A stretch of DNA of 63,981 bases, the filler included, from Mitosporidium daphniae (lineage: Eukaryota), in NCBI RefSeq assembly GCF_000760515.2. It is 10 parts of 10 records of this genome, joined end to end, with 100 filler letters (N's around TTAATTAATTAA, not from the genome) between each part and the next. Parts side by side here need not be neighbours in the genome. Positions count along the whole stretch, not along the records: positions 7,091 to 14,032 come from NW_013546644.1; positions 14,133 to 21,015 come from NW_013546643.1; positions 21,116 to 27,914 come from NW_013546641.1; 7 more parts are not named here. One strand, 5' to 3'. The notes under the pieces are model-generated. The model saw nothing but the letters and a program-made list of their open reading frames with translations. It did not search any database and was not told where the DNA came from. A program made the translations under genes and the position numbers. Of the stretch, positions 11,801 through 22,139 are shown piece by piece. Positions within the stretch are counted from its first letter, which is position 1. Every line of letters begins with the position of its first letter.

Positions 11801-13061
11801 GGCCATCATTTTGGATTCTTTCGGCAACTTGGTGTCGTCGCTTCCAAATAGCGTTACAGAAACCACGGCAAAAATGTTTGATAGCCTACAGTCCTCTGTA
11901 TCAAGGTAAATTTTGGCCATCTCAGTAGTAGCCTCTCGATTGATTTTCCGTTGGCTGATTTTTTTGTGGCTGTAAGTTTGTTTTCATCCATGCCATGTTG
12001 TCCATTAAGGGAAGGAAGCTTTTTGGTGTGTGCGAAAGCCTTTGGCGTCTATTTCCCCTCCCCATCCAATGCAATCCCGAAATCGGAGTGGAATTTAATT
12101 TGTCGCAAATGGGCATCTCTCGTTTTTCAATTAAGTCGCCAAAATGTGGGTCTTTTGAGCTTCATATGTACGGAACTGTTTTTCAAAAGAGGCCTTTTGT
12201 GTCACCAAAATGCAACAACATTAAACATAGAGGGCGCCCTTTTCCTTTTTGACATCATGTCTCTCTCTCTTGGGCTGCACACAAGAAACTATACCATCAC
12301 CATGCTTTTGCATGTAAAAAGCGATTCTTCGCCCATAATTTCGATTGCCAATATGCTGTCCTGCTGTGTTATCCGCTCCATTTGCCGATCCACAGATCCC
12401 TCCATTCTTAAAAGCAAACCAATCAATCTTTTTAACCACTTTTTACTTACCAAGCCGCTTCTTTTATTATGGACGCGAGTTATTTTGGTGTTTCCCCCTC
12501 TTTTTTGGAGCTCCGAGGCATTTTGGCTAATTTACTCGATTGGAAATACGTTTTCCATCGATGGTCTTAAATCGCTTCGGCATGTTGACCACCTTTCAAC
12601 TCTTCGGCCTTTTGAGTTTTTCGGTTCGCATAAAATAACCGAACACGTGGCCCTTCCGACACAATCTTTGGGCCAACCAACCGAGTTTACGCAAAAGGTA
12701 GCTTTTTTGCATCACGTTATAGGAAATTACCAAATCTGTTCTTATTTTTTTAAGAACCACAATCATATCACTTTCAAGAGCTCACATGCAAAACGATCTA
12801 TATGCAATCGCTGTCGATGCCTTGAAGCATTTTACGTTGTTGGTAAAGCAGCAGCATAGATCGGCAAGATGTGATCTTGCCTCACTGTATCAACAGGAAA
12901 TCGAGCCGTTTTTGCCCGAATTTTCATACTTTAGGACATTTCCGGTCAGATTGTTGTAATCATGCGTGGGAGGTGCAATTTATTCTGCGTTTTCTGTACA
13001 CCGCGCCAGAATTGAACTTGATCGAGCGGTGCGTGCCGTTCAAACCTTGTTGTTGTAATTA
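8882..13061 (+). CDS. Large (>1000 aa) multi-exon alpha-helical hypothetical protein
   Basis: 705-aa ORF continues through phase-0 intron 10916-10940 and further short introns into ORFs 11177-11623, 11625-11909 and 11951-12859; Leu/Phe-rich and HEAT-like; the end is approximate. Confidence 0.55.
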
Positions 13062-13133
13062 ACAAATTTAATTCAAATCCCTCTTAATTTTATAAATGTA
13101 AAAGACAAAAAATTTTATACCGCCAATTTTATA

Positions 13134-14032
13134 ATGCATTCTGAAAACACCTCTTCCCATAAGCTCGAGTCCTTTTCGGCTAATCAGAATGCCGCCATCG
13201 TTGATAATATAGGCAACATGAAGTTGAGCGAATCTTCTTGTTCTATGCTAAGTCCCGGAAGGGTCCCATTAAAAAACCAGGCCTCCTCCTCTTCACTGTT
13301 AAAATCCCCTGCAGTTAGATCATTGGCAAGTCCAACAAAATCATTACTAAACACTCCGACCAGAATCCTTCCCACATCCCCAAAGACAGATACCGCAGCG
13401 CTAAGGAGATCTCCACGCCTGTTAAGCAGGCTTATTCAGGGAATGGATATCAATACCAATGCACGAAACACCGTGCAAGATATGTCAAGCCCCAATCCCT
13501 TTGTTGATTTGGGTGCCTTCCCAAGTAAAAAGGAATCTTCCGCAAAAATCACCAATTTTGATACAATAATTAGCTCCTCGCCCCAAAAGCAAAAAAGCTT
13601 CATATCCCAACCGGATGCAAATGCAAGGCCAAACGGTGTGGTGGAAATCCCGCTGCTTTTGCCTACAGGAAAGACTCCAAGGGCTACTCGCTCTATTTCA
13701 TTCCCATCTTCGGAGGAGGATGAAAAAGAGGACGACCAAGGCGGCGTTTGTGGTGAAAATAGCTTGAATTTATCAAACACAATCGAGCTATTCTCTCCCG
13801 GATTTCACGGCGAAATCGTTCATCACGCACATGGGGTGATGTCGTCGTTTGATTCTCAATCGCTGGTCGATAAGATTTCAAACGAGTTTGCAGAACCTTC
13901 CGCATGTGAATTAGAGTTTTACCAATCGGAAGAGTATGCCGATGGGATCTCTTTTGTCGCATCTCTGCCTCACGTATCAAATCTTCCCGCACATCCGTTT
14001 CATGGATCTAGTCCAGTTCTCCCCTCAATACC
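13134..14032 (+). CDS. Ser/Pro-rich disordered protein with many SP/TP sites, 3'-truncated
   Basis: About 300 codons of open frame; RVPL D-box-like motif, RRSPRL, acidic C-terminal half. Confidence 0.6.
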
Positions 14033-14649
14033 NNNNNNNNNNNNNNNNNNNNNNNNNNNNNNNNNNNNNNNNNNNNTTAATTAATTAANNNNNNNNNNNN
14101 NNNNNNNNNNNNNNNNNNNNNNNNNNNNNNNNTATCGATTCCAAGATGAATGGCGTGCTTTCCTCGTCATGGACAGTTGATTCATCATTCACACCGATTG
14201 ATGAATGCTCTATTTGAGAGGCGTACATGACAAGCAGGGAATTAAAATTTACTGAAATTTTAGTGATAATATTATGGTTGACGCGAAGGACAAGCTATAA
14301 AATTATTTTATTATCCCAAATGTAACAGTTATCGCAATCAGCAAAGGTGAAAAGATCGGTGGTGTTTATGCGTTGTTAATGGAATTTGAAAGTCCCAGTA
14401 CAAGATTAAGATTTCTTTTGTTGCGGACATTACGTGTGCTTATTCAGATTCTTCAATTCATAATTGTGCGTCGGAAATCTTCCCAAAATTGGCTGCTAAT
14501 CTAGCTTATTTTCAGGAAAAGTTACGGACCGGGCTATAAACCAAAGACACTGCTTCATTTTTAGCTAAATTGCATCGATGGGATTGCCCATCCCACAGCA
14601 CATGCATGTTGGCTTTAACTTTCCAAAAATTAAAATTAAAATTTTCCAC

Positions 14650-14954
14650 ATGAAGCAACGATTTATTGGACAGGTCGTCGGAACCGCTATGAGGAAAACG
14701 GCAAAGGTGCAGGTCGAGCGGATGTGCCCGCTTCCTAATGGAAAGGTATTTTTTCCAACTCATCCTAGCAACATTTTGTAAGAAGCAAATTCCTCGCCCA
14801 TGACGAACAGGAGGAAACCGTGATTGGAGACAAAGTCGCCATTGAGGCAATCAAGCCCGTCAGTAAGAGAAAAGCCTTTCAAGTGGTGGGGATCGTCCAA
14901 AGAGCAAGAAGGTTTGTTGACCCAGATACCGGGCTCACGTACACCAGCGCATGA
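14650..14954 (+). CDS. MRPS17: Mitochondrial ribosomal protein uS17m
   Basis: MKQRFIGQVVGTAMRKTAKVQVER, 23-nt intron 14746-14768, then KFLAHDEQEETVIGDKVAIEAIKPVSKRKAF: bacterial-type S17 signature. Confidence 0.9.
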
Positions 14955-15118
14955 TGTTGACCATGTGGATATTGTTCATATCTGGGGAATTGTACCATGT
15001 CGATAGAGGCCAATGATAAAGCACTGATACCGTGTTATTTTCCGTATAAAGCTGTACATATGGTGCATATAGGAGCGGAAATCGGCCCCAGTATGATTTA
15101 ATTTATGGATATGTACGA

Positions 15119-16085
15119 CTAGTAATTAAGTGCTTCTGTCTCGGCAAAGGAGAGAAAGTCCGAGTCTAGGGCACTGGATACCGGCTCCGAAAATGACGGA
15201 TCTGGCTTCACGCCAACAACATTTCGAAACGTCATTCTTCGCATAGCTAGCGATAAGAGAGATCACATCAATACCTGCGTGTTTAAGCACTTTTATGGGA
15301 TTCTCCTTTAAGCTAAAGAGCGCATCTGAGGCAGATTTCATTCCAAGAAGATGAAGGATATTAGAAGAATCATGAGGGGACCTTACACCAAACTTTTCAC
15401 TGGCTCCACTGGTAAACAAAAGGTTCCTTCCCTTGCTTGCGGAAATGAGAGATGCAGCGTTTGCCAGAAAATTTCGCAGCTTGCTTGGTGCAGACTCTCC
15501 AAACACAATTGCGTCCTGTAAAGAAATTTCAAAAAAAATTCCTCTCAAAATGGCAGCACCCACAATGGAGGGCTTCAACGGAAATGGCAGCCGTTCTTCC
15601 ATTTTCAGCTTGATCACATCGACATCCAGTGTGGTGCAGGCAGTGAGTAAAGCCTTTTCGTTCAATGGCTCTACGGCAATGATATCTATATTTGAAGCGG
15701 CAGGNGACCGCTCTTGCTATGGAAAGTTACAATAGCCCCACGTACCAGTCCAATTGGAGTGCTATTGGAATCCATAACAATGGTGACCCTGCTATAAATT
15801 TTAAAAGAGCTGGGCGAGATTCCAGCCAGCGCACATTGTTCCGCTGCAACCTTAAAAACCCATTTCGGAAGCGAGGGGAGGGGGGGCGAAGTGGGGAGCT
15901 TGGCTTCAACAACCCTATTAATTGCAATTCCCTTGAATCCGGCTTTGTGATGATAAAATGCTGCTCATACCTTCAATCAACGCACCAAGTAGCAGTGGAA
16001 ACTCCTTTTCCAGCTTGTTGTTGTTGCTCGCATCGCCTGCCTTGCCCTCCACGAGCCGAATATTGAGGTCGAAATAGCATCCCAT
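15119..16085 (-). CDS. RPP30: RNase P/MRP subunit p30, multi-exon
   Basis: MGCYFDLNI; ACTTLDVDVI; AILRGIFFEI; KGRNLLFTSGA...VRSPHDSSN. Confidence 0.88.
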
Positions 16086-16170
16086 TTAAAAAGGACTGTA
16101 AATTAAATTTACGCTCGTAACATTCAATTGATTGGAACGCAGCAATTGAGCCCGGGTTTTAAATTTAGCA

Positions 16171-17173
16171 ATGTCTTGCCATAGCGAGGAGGTTTGTTTT
16201 TTGAATAGACACGGCCAGAAAATAACTGGGATCATCCACATCCCAAATCAGGCTCTGAGCAAAGATTCTTTCGTCCTTCTTTGCCATGGATTGCTGGCCC
16301 ATAAAGACGCCTTTTTTATGCCAGCTTTGGCGCAAAGCCTACCTTTCATCAGCTTTCGCTTTGATTTCCCCTGCCTCCAATCCGATAATAAGTCTTTTAG
16401 ATATGCCTCTTTTGATGTTCGATTCAAATTTTGATGATAGGAAGATAGTCAGGACATTTCCGAAGTAGTTGCTTTTGTATATCAAAAATACGATCTCTCA
16501 ATTATTGGGCTCATTGGTCATTCTAGAGGTGGTTGCATGGGTTGATTTGATAGGAGTAAATGTATCTCTCAAGTGGATTGCATCAACTCGGCCTTCTTCA
16601 CTTTGGTTTCTTGTGATGGTTGCGGGAAGATTTTACATGCCAGCTGGACCAAAAAAGCATTTAAAGGCATCGCTTGCCGCGCTTGAAGAAAAGGTTTTTT
16701 GACCATCAGCATAATCTCAATCAGTAGGGATCCTTTGAATGGAATGTTTCCATAAAAGGCAAAAATCATACGCTCGTCATTACCAAGGAAATGGTGGACA
16801 AGTTTGGCAACGCGACCCCTCTTCAAGGTATAAATTTGTAAATTTCCCTTTACCTTGGATATTGGAGTGGTGAATTCAATGTCCTTTCCTGCGCTGATTA
16901 TTCACGGAACATCGGACAAGGTTTGTAGTTGAGATTCATTCCTTGAAGATGATACCAGTAAATGACGCGATTTTATTTGCCAATCATCTGACACACTCGT
17001 CACTGGTCCTGATTCCTTTTGCAGACCATCTGTTTAGGAGTGCGAATGCAGTTGAAAAAGGACAAGAAACCCACCAAGAAAAGCTTTTATCAACAATAAC
17101 GGACTGGATTCTCGAGCAAAAGCCCCAGTGCGCGTCGATCGATGGCAAGGCTCTGCCCTCCGCCTCACTCTAG
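16171..17173 (+). CDS. Alpha/beta hydrolase (serine hydrolase), multi-exon
   Basis: VLLCHG, FRFDF, LIGHSRG nucleophile elbow, ALIIHGTSD, ADH catalytic His. Confidence 0.85.
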
Positions 17174-17251
17174 TGTAACCAACTAAATTGACAACTTGGC
17201 CAAAAGGCTGGTTGACCGAATATTGTTTTAATTATTTATTTGGGAATTCAG

Positions 17252-18556
17252 CTATATGATGGAGCAACCAAGCCTCTCCTTTAACGAATGGAGATAAGTG
17301 GGCGATTTAACTCTAATAGAGGCGGCACTGCCGGAAGGTGGCTTTGATTCTAAATCAGAGGCTGGAGCAATTTTTTCGTCTTCAATGGAGAGTGTCCTGA
17401 GACTGCATTCTAAATCAACGGGAGAGTCGCAAACCAAATCAACAGGACTTTCTTCCACCAAGTTGACAGGCGATTCGCAAGAAGGGTCCAGCACCAGATG
17501 TGTAGAGCTAAAGACGATAGACTCGTCGCTGATGTGGTAAAAAGAAGGGGCCTCATGCAGATCTTCTACTAAAATTTTTTTTTCTTCTTGTTCGGCCTCT
17601 GTATGTTTCATTTTTGGCAATGTATTTTGTGTTTGAAGCTCGCTTTCGATAAAGTCCAACATATCTGACGTCGGTGAAATAATAATTAAGTCATCCAAAG
17701 CATTAGTTTGAGGATTTACATATCCAGAAGAAATCATGGAAGTATCAACAACAACATTGATCGAGGAAGATTCAGCCACAACCAAGTCATTGTTGGCTGC
17801 TTCCACTGATAAAGGAATGATGCAGCTAGTGGTGCTTACGGGATCGAATTGACACGAGTCTGAAAGCGTCGTACAGCAAGAGGGGGAGATATCTGTAATT
17901 ATGAATGGAATTTCATTTGTATTTTGAGAGCAGGGCGCATTTGGATCTGAAATGCATTCTCCGATAGATTCTTTGCAGCAAGATTCATCTTCAAGAGCCA
18001 AAATAGAACAATCAGCTTCTATCTTCGAAACCACACGTGTTGGCTCTCCAATTGGCATGGCTTTTGGCTCATCTGATGTAAGCATGGTAATCGGTTCTAT
18101 GCACTCTGGAATATAAGTAGGGCAACGAGTTTCGGCAATTGGAGATCTCTGAATTTCAGCCTCAAAAATTGACTTTTGCTCTATTATTTGGGATGCAATA
18201 TTTGCATTGGAGCCCACCATAGTGGAGTTGTTTTCGTGGGTAGAGGGAATTTCTTCTCGCGCATCAGAAGACATTGATGATTGAAGAATACTATTTTGGT
18301 AATATACCACCATCAAATTTCCCTCGGAGCAAACAGACTGTTCAGATGGGGAGATGTGTTGTATATCCAGGGAAAGAGTTATGTTGCTTATGTTCAAAGG
18401 AAGTGGTTCCTCGTAATTATTGCTAACTAAAACGTCAAGCAAATTGTCGACCAAATTTTGGACAGGAACTATGGGCTCTTTAAACTGTGCGTCTTGATTA
18501 TAGTATGTGATTTTAGACTCTGACTCAGAGGAGGCAAGAAAGGAAGAAGGGTTCAT
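17252..18556 (-). CDS. Acidic Ser/Glu/Ile-rich low-complexity hypothetical protein (434 aa)
   Basis: Long uninterrupted ORF with short internal repeats (CESPVNL/EESPVDL/CDSPVDL). Confidence 0.65.
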   Translation of the reverse strand: MNPSSFLASSESESKITYYNQDAQFKEPIVPVQNLVDNLLDVLVSNNYEEPLPLNISNITLSLDIQHISPSEQSVCSEGNLMVVYYQNSILQSSMSSDAREEIPSTHENNSTMVGSNANIASQIIEQKSIFEAEIQRSPIAETRCPTYIPECIEPITMLTSDEPKAMPIGEPTRVVSKIEADCSILALEDESCCKESIGECISDPNAPCSQNTNEIPFIITDISPSCCTTLSDSCQFDPVSTTSCIIPLSVEAANNDLVVAESSSINVVVDTSMISSGYVNPQTNALDDLIIISPTSDMLDFIESELQTQNTLPKMKHTEAEQEEKKILVEDLHEAPSFYHISDESIVFSSTHLVLDPSCESPVNLVEESPVDLVCDSPVDLECSLRTLSIEDEKIAPASDLESKPPSGSAASIRVKSPTYLHSLKERLGCSII

Positions 18557-18624
18557 TTCAGATTAAGGAAATTAAAATGCAAATCGCGTTTTAATTTACA
18601 ACTCGGGCTTGGATTTTAAAATTT

Positions 18625-19322
18625 ATGCTGACAGGAAGGGAGTGGAGGCAAAATTTTAATTTGGATGGTTTGTTATATGCTTTTGGAAACATTTGGCGTC
18701 TACCTTCATTGCTACGGCCAAGATTAGTGGTCAAGGGTAAGAAAATTGAACTGATTTTCAAAAGATATTTCCTCAATCACCCTTTGCATGCTTAGGGACG
18801 ATCTAAAATTGAAGGGAATCGTATTCGACAAGGATAATTGTTTAACAATTCCTTATCAGGACTCGGTTGACCAAAGAGTCGAGGTGTGCATCTGTCTTTA
18901 ACTTTTAGGAACGAGTCAGGGAAATTGCACACCATTTCGAATGCATCATTGTTTCCAATGGGGCCGGTGGGCCAGATGACTTTGCCACAGAGCCCAGGGT
19001 TCGTTTTTCTACTTGATAAATTCAGGATATCATTGGCATCCCCATTTTATCACACCATCGCAAGGTTGCCGCAAGCTTGATTCTAATGTGCTAGAAGCCT
19101 GCCTGTGGCGAGGATATCAAAGTGTATTTCCATGAAAAGTCAATAAGGCCCGATGAAATCGCAATTATCGGGGACAGGTTGTTTACAGATATCTTTATGG
19201 CAAATTATTCCGGAATGGTTGGCATCCTAACCCATCCCCTGAATGGTGGGGAGGACCCGCTTTCGGTAAAACTGGTCAGACAATTGGAGGCTTTCTTTTT
19301 AAAATTTTTGAGTAAAGTTTAA
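18625..19322 (+). CDS. GEP4: Mitochondrial phosphatidylglycerophosphatase (HAD IIIA), multi-exon
   Basis: QNFNLDG N-terminus; GIVFDKDNCLTIPY (HAD motif I); IIGDRLFTDIFMAN (motif IV). Confidence 0.87.
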
Positions 19323-19391
19323 TAAATTTGAAGTGATTGTCCGTGTCTAAGCTTACTAGCTTCTTTTTTTAATTCCCTTTCCAAACTGAAA

Positions 19392-20475
19392 ATGTCACCT
19401 TCAAACCCATCTTCTCCAGTGGATCAGGTATCCCCGTCTGTCTATGACAGCGATGACGAGAAGTCCGTATTTATTGCCTCCATTCAGTATAATGATGAGT
19501 CTTTTTTGATTGATGTCCCGGAGGATAAATCGATTGGCACCTTGAAAGAGAAGCTGCAATTGTACACATGCCTTCAGCCGTCAGAAATGCGGCTGATTGT
19601 ACGAGGCAGGATTTTCCAGGATTCCGAGTTGCTTGCCAATATAAGTATGTGTTTTTCGTAACTCTAGGTCCCGATGATACATTCACACTTGTAAAAATTA
19701 TTGCTAATAACTCTACCAACCCTAATAACAATAGCTCCATCTCCTCCTCGTCGTCTGATCAACATTTTGCGACCGAAAGGGGATTTGATGCAAACATTTT
19801 GAAAATGATGTCCTCAATGATGAAAACACCATCGTTTCAAGTATGACTTTGGCCTTATTTTTAGGACATGTTTAAGAAAATGCCCTCGTCAATTCTGGGA
19901 AATTCCTCGTCAGACCCTGCCATCAAAAGCTTGATGGAGAAAAACCCGGAGCTCGAGCATATCCTCAACGATCCAGCAATCATCAAAGAGGTATTTTGCT
20001 TCATAGTTGATTGAAATAGACCATGAAGGCATTTGAAAATCCCGCATTGCAACGAGAAATGATGAGGAACCAGGATCTAGCGATGAGCAACATTGAAATG
20101 CTGCCTGAGGGCTTTAATGCCCTCAGAAGATCCTATGCCAACATTCAAAAACCCCTCCTAGATGCAATGGACGAATCCATGTCCAGAAACCCAGTTTTAA
20201 AAGATAGCCTACTTGCATCTTCAATTACACAGAAAACAGTCAACAAAGAGCCCATTCCAAATCCCTGGAATCCAGCGGCAAAGTCTAAGCTACGCGGTTC
20301 CGCTCCAGGAAGCAAGTCGACAATGTTTCTCTCAAAATTGGCTGACATGAAAGAAATGGGATTTACAAACGAAGAGGAAAATGCTCGGGTTTTAACGCTC
20401 TGTGAAGAAAATCTTGACATGGCTATTAACATTTTATTAGCTTCAAGGACATCTGGCGGGGAAAAGAAACAATAA
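19392..20475 (+). CDS. DSK2: Ubiquilin/Dsk2 UBL-STI1-UBA shuttle, multi-exon
   Basis: UBL ([12 protein letters not shown]); [45 protein letters not shown]...AINILL. Confidence 0.9.
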
Positions 20476-20489
20476 AATTTAAAATCGAT

Positions 20490-21015
20490 TCCAGTTTATT
20501 TGTCTTATTGAGGGGGGGGGCAGTTGCTTTTTGGAAGCACATTTGGGCGGTTACTTGGATAATGTACTGGCGAGCCTATCGATCACAAGGCTTTTCTCCT
20601 CTAATAGCTTGGAAAATGGTTTGATTTTTGAATAGTTACTAAAACGATCGATAAAAATCGTTCACATACCTTAGAAGGGAAGAGGTCGTCTCCACACCAT
20701 TTCTGGCCAAGTACCATAGCGAGTTTATAGAGGAATGAATGTCTGAACCGGAAAAGGAGGCATCTGCCGATTCAAGAAGATAGGAGGCAATATTACAAAC
20801 GTTGGATAACTGGGGGGAAGCAGAGGGGCCTCCATAACTTTCAATGGTTTCCTGCACAGCAAGAAGAGACTCTCTTAGTGATTGGGGGGAAACCTCGTCA
20901 TTTTCCGTTTTGATGTTCCATAAAGACAAATTTTTCAAATGCAAGTGAAAAATTAGCATACACACCAGAGTTGGGATTGAATCGATGTGGGTGTTGCGCA
21001 TTTCAGTAAGAGCCG
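20490..21015 (-). CDS. 5'-truncated hypothetical protein (C-terminal part)
   Basis: ORF 20639-21001 is open toward the contig edge; probable short intron before a final exon; no motif recognised. Confidence 0.4.
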
Positions 21016-22139
21016 NNNNNNNNNNNNNNNNNNNNNNNNNNNNNNNNNNNNNNNNNNNNTTAATTAATTAANNNNNNNNNNNNNNNNNNNNNNNNNNNNN
21101 NNNNNNNNNNNNNNNTCTTTGAAATCGAGGAAATGAGTGCTCAATTGTCAGAACTCGAAAATTTTTAATTTGAGCTTTTTCTGGGGTTGAATCGCGAGCC
21201 CGAACACTAACCTTGTAAAGCAATAAATTTATTATTTATGACCATTAAAAATTTGCACCTACAACGTCGGTTTTTGATTTTCAATTTAGTCCAGTGCTGA
21301 GATCAGGCGTCCCTTGCCACGATTCCGCCTATTAAAATTTAAAGCATAGCAAATTCTAAATGAGTGCAAGTTTGCATCTCTATAGCTAATGTTGGAGTTG
21401 CAACCAATTGTTCTAGTGATTGCCACTGCTTTGTATGATATCCAAAATGGCGATTGAAATTCCGCGTAATGTAAATATCAGATCTGAAATGTGCAAAAAG
21501 TCATAAAAAATTGCAATACACGTATGCTGTACCAAAGGGCCGATTATAAAGGTTCAAAATCGAACTTGTTCCGATTGGATTGTTGAGGTGAAATCGACTA
21601 AAGTTTTCGTGCCTCGTTTATAGATCTAGGCCTTCATCGGGGTTTAGGCTTTTATTTTGTTTAAAAGCTTTCAAAACTTTCACGAGCACTCCTATTTATG
21701 GGATCAGAATAGACTACTGATCTTGCCCCATGCAGCAATGGATTTGAATCTAATGTGATTTAATTGGACGCAAACAAACATCCTGGCTCCAAAGGAAATA
21801 CGTCATACGGGCTTCGGGATGGAGGGAAAATACTAATGCCACAGTACGTATAGACTGGAAATGACATTCCGATAAAGACATCTATAATTGGTGCTCCAAG
21901 GGCTTTGACTCTCGCTCTTCATAAAGGCCTAGCATTTGAGCCAATAATAGTACACATTCTAAGTGCTTTGATCGGTAGATTACAGTACCACTCTCAATTT
22001 CTGCCTAGAAACATGATAAGGATAGCGATAAATTCTATTTCTAGTAAAAATGAGGCGGCTCATTGGTGATTATGCTGAACCGTCCATTGGGAATTTTGAA
22101 GTAAGGAACTTTTTATCTATGGGGCCAGTTCCAGCCTCC

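Noticed and set aside
21170..22050. Gene or ncRNA downstream of the karyopherin
   Set aside because: Only short frames and candidate splice sites; no recognisable protein or RNA motif
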